Assembly (NCBI GenBank): GCA_964252035.1
Contig: OZ176212.1
Origin: Podarcis erhardii
Taxonomy: Eukaryota
Reading direction: 5' to 3' (one strand)
Length of the DNA stretch: 64,000 nucleotides
Shown: piece after piece, positions 24,221-35,000 of the stretch
Layout: the number at the start of each line of letters is the position of its first letter
How positions within the stretch are numbered: the first letter of the stretch is position 1
Position numbers and translations under genes: made by a program
Notes under the pieces: model-generated
Told to the model about the DNA's origin: nothing
Database searches by the model: none
Seen by the model: only the letters and a program-made list of their open reading frames with translations

Positions 24221-25226
24221 TTGTAAGGGGAATCTTAATAGATTAACAAACTGATGGTCTACTACTGCGACAGTGTGAGATTTTGGTTCCCCACCTCAAG
24301 CCAACAAGGTTCACTGAGTGATTCTGCACCAGTCATTCTCTCTCAACCTAGCCTATTCCATTTGTTGTTGTAGGGAGAGAAAAATCATGTGTGTTAAATG
24401 TGCCTTGTGAATAATTGCAAGGAAACTTGAGGAAATGGCTGGGATTTGTTTGTCTTGATGGAAAGAAGGAAGACTTCATTAATCAGTAAGAGCCTCAAGT
24501 TCGTAAGATGACGGAAGATTTCTACTGTGGTAGATAAACCTAGTATCTTGAATGATTCTGATACATCATTTGAAACAGGTATCAAGTACATACATTCACA
24601 CATTTTTATGTGTGTGTCTATTTGTGTTCTCACATATAAATAAATCAACAATTAAACAGAAAATTATAATATGAGACAACCATCAGTAGTGGAAGTTTCA
24701 TCATCATCATTTCCAAGACTGCCCAAGGACTTATAGCATCTCTCTTGTCATTTAAAAGTAGTAATTCCTGCAAAGCTGAAATTTGTTATAAGCCAGCCAT
24801 TAATTACTCATCAAAGATTTTGTCAGCTTGCCTTCTTTAAGACAATCCATGTGCTAAAATTCTGCACTTCTATTCAGCGGAAAGAATAAATGGACCGTGG
24901 CTGAGCAAGACTAAATGCTTATTTTATACAGTCCCAAGATTTAAAACCGTAGCTATAACTATTTAAAACAGTTTTGAGGCATATAATTTATATTCCACAA
25001 TCAAGGAAAGTATATTTATACATTCTGCAGCTATTAGCCTTTGCTAATAAAACAAAAGAATTATACAATCAATCTTTAGAGTAATCAGATCAATGGTTTA
25101 TTTTGCACCAGTAATTTAACATAAACTGTTCATTTGCTTGTTAGACAGATGTATGGAAAAGCAATCAACCTGAACCATTAATATTTGGACTGGCATACAA
25201 AGATCTGCAGGTGTGCATTTGACAAT

Positions 25227-25415
25227 TTATAACTTCAAGTTTGTACGATCATGGTATTTTTGGTAGGGGTCATCAATGTACCAGTTTCTTCTTTTCCAGA
25301 AGGAAGATGTCATTTTATCAAGGAGCTTAGACTGTGTTTTATTGCAGAACACATGTTCCCTCAAGCGCCTCCTCCGCCTATAATTTTTTTTCCACAGCCG
25401 TTTCTTGTAACCAGC
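25227..25415 (-). CDS. MRPL35: MRPL35 exon 4
   Basis: [10 protein letters not shown]...DRTNLKL*; AG acceptor at 25416-25417. Confidence 0.96.
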   Translation of the reverse strand, partial: AGYKKRLWKKNYRRRRRLREHVFCNKTQSKLLDKMTSSFWKRRNWYIDDPYQKYHDRTNLKL

Positions 25416-28400
25416 CTGTCATCAAAGAGTAAAAGATTTAATTCTTCAAACGTATGAATGGCTATCCACAAAATAAATACATAATCATCACGCAAGTAGA
25501 TTTTCATATAGCCTGTTTTGTCCTTCATTTTTTAATTCTTGCACATTTCCAAGCTACAATTAGAAAAGCAACATCTTTCCCGCACACCGGCATATCATGC
25601 TGTCAAGACAATATCATTCAATGAAGAAAATATTACCCTTCTCCTTAGCCAAAGGCCACAGTGCAATCTGAGAAATCTGTGAATCACAGGTTTTACAGTT
25701 TTCCTTTTTCCTTTTCGCAAGCCGAATTTGATGAGGGTCCTTACTTGCTGATGAAGGATACTTGGGAGCAGTGGTGTTACACTGAAATTTGTATGAAATC
25801 AAGAAAATAGAAAGTTAGATCTAATAGCTGTGACCTGTTTAATTTAGCATTTGACTAATCAGTGTCTCAATAGCACAGAAACCTTAATCCCAAAATCCTT
25901 GAAAGACAAAAACTAAACATCTCAGCAATGCTCCATGAATAGCAGAAGTCACAAAAATGTTCAAATATCTCCTTAAAATTATTTCTGTTATACAAGAATT
26001 CAAACTAGTGCACCGTGGATGAAGAGGACGCTCACCTCCAAAGTATGTTTGTATGATCACACCACAATATTGTTGTTGCTCCCATTAATTCCCACCCTGA
26101 CCTTACCAAAGTGGCAGACTTTGGTACCCTGTGCAAAGCCAAAATTTGCCCACTTCTCTGTGATCAAACCCAATTCTATCCCATGTTCCTTGAACAGTAG
26201 AAATGGGGGAAACGGCATTATATATGGGAGGTGGGAGCATGCATCCCCATAACGGCTCTAGCATGCTCATAGGGGAGAAGGAACTGGGATCTTACTTTGT
26301 TAATACTAACACTAAGCCTCATCAATACCTGCTTCAGAATGCAAATTTGGTGCACTAATACATGCCTACCAACGGGCCAGTGCTACCCCCATAATTAGCT
26401 TCTGGCACAAATAACAATCCAATGAGTAAATAGGAGGGAAAAGAAGAAAGAAAATGGACTAATGCATCCTTGTTTATGTGGCTTTGGCAGCTGCAGTATA
26501 AACAATATTGGAAAATGTACTTTTCCCAAGCTCCAGAAAGCAGAAATGAAGGTGGCGGGGGGGGGGGGGGAGAGGCATCCTGGGGAAACAGCATTAGCCC
26601 TACCCCAAACGACTGAGGAACTGCAGTCACAAGCTTAGCAACCACCAGGGCCTCTTAGGTAGGAGGTTTGAAGACTTGCAAGTACACTTAGAACTCGTAA
26701 GGGAAAAATATTTTTTCTTTAGTGTGTTGTAGTTTCATGCGAATTACTAGTCCCAAACTGAATCAAGCTCAGAGGAATCACCTCTAACTACTGTTGATAT
26801 TTTGACATCTTAGCCAAAGTACGCATATAACCTAATACGTTGTTAAACACACCAGCAATACACTAGGAATCCTCTTACTACTACAGTGGTACCTCTGGTT
26901 ACATACTTAATTCGTTCCGGAGGTCCGTTCTTAACCTGAGACTGTTCTTAACCTGAGGTACCACTTTAGCTAATGGGGCCTCCCGCTGCTGCTGCGCTGT
27001 CGCCGCGCGATTTCTGTTCTCATCCTGAAGCAAAGTTCTTAACCCGAGGTACTTTTTTCTGGGTTAGTAGAGTTTGTAACCTGAAGTGTATGTAACCAGA
27101 GGTACCACTGTATTAGTAAGGAAAGTGGGGCAATAGGGACCTTTCCCAACATTTTACACTATTATCATGCCTATATAATGGAACACATGGTGCTTTTATG
27201 AACAATCAAGCAAATATTAGCTCCAGCTCAAAATCTGTAAAAATCTAAATTTCAACAGTGAAGCGGGGACAACATGCAGGATACAGTTACACATACTTTG
27301 ACTTTTTTATGGTTGGGGACCAGGTAGAAGAGTTTAAAACAAAATCTTTATGGAGGATAATTTTGTTAAATTGTGTCTACCTGTTCAATATTGAGACTGA
27401 ATGCCCATAAGACCCACTTCCAATGGAGAGAAGAGGTTTTCTGGTGGAGATTGTTGATATCTTCTTGTGGCTGATGTGAAGTGAAGACAACCAAGAAATT
27501 GGGCGGATGCTGTAAGAACTATTACTGGCCAAAGGGACCAAAGGGCAGAACGATCTTAAAACCCCTAGAGAAATAAGAGAAAACATTATGAAAAGCAAGC
27601 AAACCATGTATCAAGAAATGGAACCAGGGACTGCCTTCATCTGGCTTCTCCCTGTTCTGGACTTCTCACAGTGAGTGTTGACTATTATGAGACTGATAGA
27701 GGCAGGTGAAGACCCATCTCAGAGCTTACCAGCTTAATTTTCCTCTCACCATGAGAGAGCAGGAGGCAGGCAAAGATTACCTCAGAAGTCAGACCTCACA
27801 GCCTGCTTCTACTACCCTGCCGCCCTAGAAGATTGTCTAGGGCAATCTTGGGTCCCCAGATGTTGGGCTACAACTCCCATCATTCTTAGACAGCATGGTC
27901 GGGGATGATGTAGGTGGCAGTTCAATAACATCTGGGGAGTTCAATAACATCTGGGGACCCAAGATTGAGAAAGGATGGTCTGGGGCTGTCACCTGTCCTG
28001 TGGAAAGGATCCCAGTGGCTTTTAATTGCTCATTGTGGGGTTTTTCTTTAATGTAGTTTAATGTTTCTTATAAATTGCCTTGGAAGGATTAGAATCACAG
28101 AAGGCAGACTATAAATAAATTGATGAAAATAATAATAAAAAATATACTGGTATATTGGGGGTGAAGAGTCAATGTGGAAGGGCAATCAACCAAATGAGTG
28201 TGTGCTAATAGGACTTTATTATTTAAATAATAATAAACCCACTACAAGACTTCATCAGGTCAATGCCCGTTTTCTTTTGTAATCGTTAATAATATGACTT
28301 AAAGTTGGTGAGATTTCTTGCTTACAGCATTTCACATTAAGCGAACTGCTATGATTAGTCAAAGGACTATCACTCAGACACAAGGAAAGTGATGGTCAAT

Positions 28401-29608
28401 TTCCAAAAGCAGCATTGTATCGCAATTATCCTGCAAGATTTCATCACAACCCCCATTCCTGCTTGAAACAGAAGCAACCTTAAGATGAAAGTCTTCAGGT
28501 CCTACTTTTATTCCTGCTCATCATTTTAACCTGCTTCAGCCTCTACTGGGAGCCAATGCTATTATACCTAGGGCCTCCGTTTCTTTTTCTTTCTTTCTTT
28601 TTGCAATAGCTAGTTTAGGGTGATCTCGATTCTAGTGACAGCCAGCCTTTCTTCCAAATTTGGACCCGTGGAGGTAGCTCCAAAATCGGTTGGCAATTGT
28701 GTGGTCCGAGCAGGGTCAAACCAGCAAGTCCCCCATACCACCCTTTAAAGCCCTAAATGGCCTCGGTCCAGTATACCTGAAGGAGCGTCTCCACTCCCAT
28801 CGTTCTGCCCGGACACTGAGGTCCAGCTCTGAGGGCCTTCTGGCTGTGAGAAGCCAAGTTACAGGGGACCATGCAGAGGGCCTTCTCGGTGGTGGCACCC
28901 GCCCTGTGGAACGCCCTCCCACCAGATGTCAAAGAGAAAAACAACTACAGTTGTTTGGTACAGTGGTACCTCGGGTTAAGTACTTAATTCGTTCCGGAGG
29001 TCCGTTCTTAACCTAAAACTGTTCTTAACCTGAAGCACCACTTTAGCTAATGGGTCCTCCTGCTGCTGCCGCACCGCCGGAGTACGATTTCTGTTCTCAT
29101 CCTGAAGCAAAGTACTTAACCTGAGGTACTATTTCTGGGTTAGCGGAGTCTGTAACCTGAAGCGTATGTAACCCGAGGTACCACTGTACCAGACTTTTAG
29201 AAGACATCTGAAGGCAGCCCTGTTTAGGGAAGCTCTTAATGTTTAATAGGTTATTGTACTTTAATATTCTGTTGGAAGCCGCTCAGAGTGGCTGGGGAAA
29301 CCCAGCCAGATGGGCGGGGTATAAATAATAATAATAATAATAATTATTATTATTATTATTTCCTAACCAGGAGCTCCAAGTCCCACCGCCAAGCATCACC
29401 TGCAACAAAATAAATAATCCGAATAATCAAATAGGGCCAACGATTTATTATAGGCTCTCTCTCTCTTCCTGCGTGTTCCTCGCTCGGTGCTAAAGCGAGG
29501 CAACCGTTAAACGACGCCCCCCCCCCTCGTGCGACCCTCAGTCAACGTTGCTTCCCCCGCCCCCCATCACTGACCTGGGAGCCTCCGCGCCGCAGCGAGC
29601 GCCGCCAT
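25227..29608 (-). CDS. MRPL35: Mitochondrial ribosomal protein L35 (bL35m), complete: complement(join(25227..25415,25637..25781,27381..27564,29575..29608)), 183 aa
   Basis: Exons of 34+184+145+189 = 552 nt with GT-AG boundaries; contains [37 protein letters not shown]...[40 protein letters not shown]. Confidence 0.97.
25637..25781 (-). CDS. MRPL35: MRPL35 exon 3
   Basis: 145 nt; [48 protein letters not shown]. Confidence 0.96.
26884..27110. mobile_element. Tc1/mariner MITE in MRPL35 intron 2
   Basis: CAGTGGTACCTCTGGTTAC TIRs, TA flanks. Confidence 0.92.
27381..27564 (-). CDS. MRPL35: MRPL35 exon 2
   Basis: 184 nt, phase 1-2; presequence-like [14 protein letters not shown]...GHSVSILN. Confidence 0.9.
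27835..27980. mobile_element. Degenerate hAT fold-back MITE
   Basis: AATCTTGGGTCCCCAGATG / CATCTGGGGACCCAAGATT inverted arms; boundaries approximate. Confidence 0.6.
28743..29362 (+). mobile_element. 5'-truncated L2 LINE interrupted by a MITE
   Basis: Same family as the 18308 copy; (AAT)/(TAT) tail. Confidence 0.88.
28961..29186. mobile_element. Tc1/mariner MITE nested in L2
   Basis: CAGTGGTACCTCGGGTTA TIRs, TA flanks. Confidence 0.92.
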
Positions 29609-29800
29609 GTTGTCTCCTCAGCCCGCTACGGCATCCACGGAGGGTCAATGCGAAGCGGAAAGCAAAGGCGCGCGCGGAGCGCCCCGCCCCTGGCCCCGCC
29701 CCCTTCGCTGCCTCATCAAGGGAGGGTCGGCTGGATCTGCAGCTGCGCCTCTTCGCAAGCGCGCAGCTGTCGCCCGCTCAGTTCTGAAAGGCTGGCTTTT
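29500..29800 (-). promoter_or_regulatory. MRPL35 CpG-island promoter
   Basis: CpG-rich, GC boxes (GCCCCGCCCC near 29692), YY1-like ACATGGCGGC over the ATG. Confidence 0.75.
29575..29608 (-). CDS. MRPL35: MRPL35 exon 1
   Basis: AACATGGCGGCG start, [11 protein letters not shown](G), GTCAGT donor. Confidence 0.88.
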
Positions 29801-29864
29801 TGCGGTTTTAGTTTGGGAAACGATAGACCCCGAAATCGATTTTTGCGCGTGGCAAATTTGCTGC

Positions 29865-30660
29865 TTCTTTTTTTTTTTTTCTTCAAATTTTTTTTATTGG
29901 TTTTCACAACATTATAAACAAACACACACATAAGGCAAACAAACATAAATCATAGCCTTATTGAAAATTACACTTATTAACATTGTTAGGTGACTTCCTC
30001 GCGTCCCCTTGGTTGAATTTCATTGCATATCCTTTTAACGGTATTCCAAATCACAGTTTTTATAAAATTTAACTTAAACATTAACATCCTTAGATCTTCA
30101 CATTATGAAATTAAACATATTAATGCACCCCTTAACATAAATAAAATCCTAAACCAATTAAGTATCTGCGAGCTGTTGTCAATTAATTTAACTTAACATG
30201 GCAAATTTGCTTCAGTTCGGAGCTATTTTTCGTTAAGAATTAGGAAATTATTCAACCACCCCCCTTCCCTAAATATGCTCTCTGTTACTGTTTTTGAAAA
30301 TGCAATCATTTTTTTTAAAATAGGCCATTCTCACAGCATCTTCCCCTCATGAATCTGGCACGCTTAACCAAATCTGTACTGATGTTTCAGCACTGCGTTC
30401 TTCCCACATTCTTCATTGCGTTTATGGGCGAGGACCTCATCCTTTTATAGCATGTCACGTGAACAGTTTTCCTGGCCTTATTTATCTTCTTTATCTCCCG
30501 CTTGTAATACAGTTTTGCTGAATTTTTATTCTGGAATATGCAAAGTGTGTGGATTGCTAACAAAAAAAAATAAAAAAAATTGGGGGGCAGGGGTCGGGGT
30601 GGTGGTGATATATAGTTATTTGCTCTATTGTTACATGATGTGTTGTTTCCATCAATATTT
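29865..30660 (-). mobile_element. Possible L1-like LINE 3' fragment
   Basis: Plus-strand poly(T) followed by TTTTATTG (minus-strand AATAAA plus poly(A)) and AT-rich LINE-UTR-like sequence; left end clear, right end uncertain. Confidence 0.4.
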
Positions 30661-30816
30661 CCAGTAACTGCTACTGACTCAAAAGCGACAAATATCTGTA
30701 CTGCTGAAGGTTGGCATCTGTCTTGGGAGTCAAGGAAGAGTGCACCTGGCGGGGGCGGGGGCGGGAATCAATCAGTTGGAGAATTACAGTGCCTGCTGTG
30801 GCGGTAGCAGCCGATA

Positions 30817-31166
30817 AAAGGTAAAGGGACCCCTGACCATTAGGTCCAGTCGTGGCCGACGCTGGGGTTGCGGCACTCATCTCGCTTTACTGGCCGAGGG
30901 AGCCGGCGTACAGCTTCCGGGTCATGTGGCCAGTATGACTAAGCCGCTTCTGGCGAACCAGAGCAGCACACGGAAATGCCGTTTACCTTCCCGCCGGAGT
31001 GGTACCTATTTATCTACTTGCACTTTGACGTGCTTTTGAACTGCTAGGTTGGCAGGAGCAGGGACCGAGTAATGGGAGCTCACCCCGTCACGGGGATTCG
31101 AACCGCCAACCTTCTGAATGGCAAGTCCTAGGCTCTGTGGTTTAACCCACAGCACCACCCGTGTTC
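30817..31166 (+). mobile_element. Sauria SINE
   Basis: Full-length copy; 13-bp TSD GTAGCAGCCGATA. Confidence 0.93.
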
Positions 31167-31203
31167 GTAGCAGCCGATAGGGGAGAGATATATTTTCTTG
31201 CAG

Positions 31204-31534
31204 AGACGTGGGTGGCGCCGTGGTCTAAACCACAGAGCCTAGGGGTTGCCGATCGGAAGGTCCGCTGTTCGAATCCCTGCAACGGGGTGAGCTCCCATTC
31301 TTTGGTTCCTGCTCCTGCCCACCTAGCATTTCGAAAGCATGTCAAGTGCAAGTAGATAAATAGGTAGCGCTCCGGCAGGAAGGTAAACGGCGTTTCCGGG
31401 CGCTGCTCTGATTCGCCAGAAGTGGCTTAGTCATGCTGGCCACATGACCCGGAAGCTCCCTCAGCCAATAAAGTGAGATGAGCGCCGCAACCCCAGAGTC
31501 AGCCACGACTGGACCTAATGGTCCCTTTACCTTT
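31204..31534 (-). mobile_element. Sauria SINE, inverted relative to its neighbour
   Basis: Reverse-complement copy with small internal deletions; TSD not clear. Confidence 0.9.
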
Positions 31535-31661
31535 ATACATTTTATGAAATACAAGAAATACAAATTTGTTGTGAGATGGGGCAACTTTTCCCCACACTGT
31601 GTCTGGGCTGGCGATTTGATGTTTATGTATTTATGTATTTGATGTTTATGTATTTGATGTT

Positions 31662-32027
31662 TGAAATATACTCAGAGTCGCAAAGTGATTTCATGCTCTT
31701 TATTCAGCTCATAGTGGTGAGGAGGAATGAATGCCCCCTCAAAGTATCTGCTTTATATACATTATTTACACAATGGGCTGCACATGATTGGCTAATTCCA
31801 GGATTCTACTGTAGGCCAATCAGGTTGTGGATTCACTTCTATCTGGAGCATGATTGGGTGGTTCCTGCTAACCAATCATACTGCTGCATTGTTCTAGGAC
31901 CAATCAGACTGCTGCATTCTGAATCCTATTGTTCTAGGACCAATCAGACTGCTGCCTTTTGGAGCCTATTGTTCTAGGACCAATCAGACTGCTGCAGTTT
32001 GGATCCTATTCAACTCAGTACATAACA
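31662..32027 (-). repeat. 3' LTR, 366 bp
   Basis: No differences from 36231-36596 by eye; follows the PPT. Confidence 0.97.
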
Positions 32028-32040
32028 CCCCTCCCCTCTA
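32028..32040 (-). other. Polypurine tract overlapping the ORF stop codon
   Basis: Minus strand TAGAGGGGAGGGG directly before the 3' LTR TG. Confidence 0.92.
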
Positions 32041-35000
32041 AGTTCCAGTCCTGCCCGGAAGGTCGCATTCATAGTCCTCAAGGTACGCCGGTGGCCTACG
32101 TGTGCGTTGCGGCCTGGGGTGTTCCCTGGTTCGGGGTTCAGGTTCTGGCTCGTGTTCCAAGGATGGGGCTGTTTGGTCTGGCGCAACCGGCTCGCTCAGT
32201 CGTGGTTCTGGTTCCGGTGTCCTTTCGGCCTCGCGGGTCCTCTCTGTATTTACTGATTCTGCCTCTCCTGCTTGCCCCTGCTGCTCTATGGGCCTCACTG
32301 CCCCACTGTTCCCTTGGGACTCCTCTGACCTGTCCTCCTCCTCCTGGTTTTCTCCCGGGAATCGTCGCCGTATCTGGTCGCAGTGGCGGCGCCAGCATTG
32401 CCCCCCATCTGTTAGCACCTCGTACGACACGGGGCCCGTGACCCTGGTGACTGTGGCAGGTACCCATGCAGGGCCTGCCCCAAAATTCTTTGCGTACACT
32501 GGGTCCTGGGCCTCGAAGGTCCGGGGGTTCCTGCCTTCCCCCACCACTACCTCATCCTGAGCTCTATCGGGGTGAAGGCGGTCCAATCTGATTGCAAGGC
32601 GCCGACCCATTAGTAGTTCAGCGGGGCTCCGGCCAGTCGTTGAGCTGGGGGTGCTGTGCTGTGCTAGAAGGAATGTGGCAAGGCGGTACTCCCAATCCCC
32701 TTGCGTCATGCGGCGAAGGGTGTCCTTGGTGGTCCGCACCATGCGTTCTGCTTGGCCATTGGTGGCAGGGTGGAATGGCGCCGAACGGATGTGGCGGATG
32801 GCGTTCTGCACTGTGAAGGTTTGAAATTCTCCTGATGTAAATGCAGTCCCGTTGTCTGAGACGAGAGTGTCAGGGAGCCCGTGGGTTGCAAACAGCCTGC
32901 GTAGTACCCGGATGGCTGCGGACGTAGAAGTGGACGGTACCAGTGCGACTTCCAGCCATTTGGTGTAGGAGTCCACCACTATGAAGAATGTTTTCCCCTG
33001 AAAGGGGCCAGCGAAGTCCACATGCAGGCGTGACCATGGTGCTCGGGCGGACTCCCAGGACTGGACTGGGGCCCTTGGGGGATCTGGGCGGGATTCCTGG
33101 CAGGCCTGGCAGTGTTTGACCCAGGCCTCTATCTCTCCGTCGATCCCCGGCCACCACACATAACTCCTGGCAAGGGCCTTCATTCTTACTACCCCTGGGT
33201 GTGTCTCGTGTAGGGCTGTGAGGACCCTTTTGCGGAGGGGCTGGGGAACAACGACCCTGCTTCCCCATAACAGGCACCCCTTGTGGGCTGACAGTTCATG
33301 TTTGCGGGTTGTGTAGCCGGCGAATTCTGGCCCGGGGGTGCGGCTGGGCCATCCCCTCCACACCCAGTCCAGGACCCGGGAGATGACCCTATCTTTCTTG
33401 GAATGGTGTGCAACTTCTTGTGCCTGAATGGGGCGGTCAGGAAGCAGCTCCAGGCTCATAACCTCTTGTGCAGGTGCTGGGTCGGGGCCTGTTTCCGGTA
33501 GTGGTAGCCTGCTGAGGGCGTCTGCATGGCCCATCGCCTTTCCAGGGCGGTGAATCAGTGCATACTGGTAGCTGGCAAGGAAAATTGACCACCTGAGGAC
33601 GCGAGGAGACAGCACTTGGGGGGTCTGCTTTTCGGGGGCAAACAAGCCAAGCAACGGCTTGTGGTCAGTCACCACGGTGAAGGGCCGCCCGTACAAGAAA
33701 TCATGGAATTTTTTTACTCCCTTCACGATTGCCAGACCCTCCTTGTCGATTTGCGAGTAGTTCCGCTCGGTTTCGTTGAGTGTCTGGGAAAAGTATGCTA
33801 CCGGTACCTCTCTTCCATCCGGGAGTTGGTGTCCCAGGACAGCGCCGATGCCATAGGGCGAGGCGTCGCATGCTAGCACCACCGGCAGCCTCTCGTCGAA
33901 GTGTGCCAAGACCGAGTTTGAGACAAGCAAGTCCTTGACTGCCTGGAATGCGGCCTCCTGGCGCTGGCCCCACACCCAAGGGGCCCGCTTGTCCAGGAGT
34001 CTGTGTAGGGGCTCCGCTACCGCCGCCTTGTGGGGAAGGAAGGAATGGTAAAAGTTCAATAATCCCAAGAAGGCCTGAAGTTCAGTCTTGTTCTTGGGCG
34101 CTGGGGCATCACAAATGGCCCGTACCTTGTCCCCAGTCGGGTGAACCCCTTCTGCATCCACCATAAATCCCAGAAAGTCCACTTGAGACACTCCTAGTAG
34201 ACATTTTTCCCGCTTCACCTTGAGACCCGCCATCTGGAAACGGTGCAGAACAGTGCGGAGGCGGTCCTCAAACTCCTCTGGTGTGGGCCCGGCAATCAAC
34301 ACATCATCAAAGAAGGGGGTGACACCAGGAATCCCTTTAAGGAGAGAGTCCATTAGATTCTGGAATATGCCTGGTGCCACGCTGACCCCGAATTGCAGCC
34401 GCTTTACCCTGAACGCTCCTCTGTGCGTCACAATTGTCTGTGCCTCTGCTGTGGCCTCATCTACTGGCAGCTGTTGATATGCTTGGGCCAAGTCCAGCTT
34501 GCCAAAAATTTTCGACCCAGCCAGGGTGGCAAGGACATGGCTGACCACTGGCACTGGGTATGCATGGGCCATGAGGGCCTTGTTTATGGTACATTTGTAG
34601 TCTGCGCAGATGCGGACCGAACCATTAGGCTTGACGGGTGTGACGATTGGGGTTTCCCAGGGGGCATTAGGCACCGGCTCCAGCACTCCTTGCTCCACGA
34701 GTCGGTCCAATTCCTCGTCTATACGGGGTTTCAGGGCGAATGGGACCCGGCGGGCCTTGAGCCTGACTGGTCGTACTGCGGGGTCAAGCTGTAGAGCAAT
34801 GGGGGGGCCCGTATACTGTCCCAATTTCCCATCGAAAACCCCCGGAAACTCCTTGCATATGGCGTCCACGTCCACTTGTAAGCTCATGTGGTTCACCCCG
34901 GTGATGGCTAGTCCCAGTGGTCCAAACCATGCCAACCCCAGTAAGCTAATGTAGGGGCCCTTGACCACAAGCAAGTCCAGTTGCCGCGTCCGCCCTCGGT

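Noticed and set aside
26355-26645. 96-aa minus-strand ORF as an extra MRPL35 exon
   Set aside because: MRPL35 is complete and in frame with four exons, and this ORF has no similarity to it.
32028-32400. env or chromodomain gene
   Set aside because: The ORF runs up to the PPT, leaving no room; the tail is low-complexity acidic/Pro-rich.
31576-32560. Plus-strand ORFs of 133, 160 and 152 aa across the LTR and integrase tail (and the 128-aa twin at 36160)
   Set aside because: Antisense shadows of a GC-rich ORF and LTR repeats; no recognisable domain.
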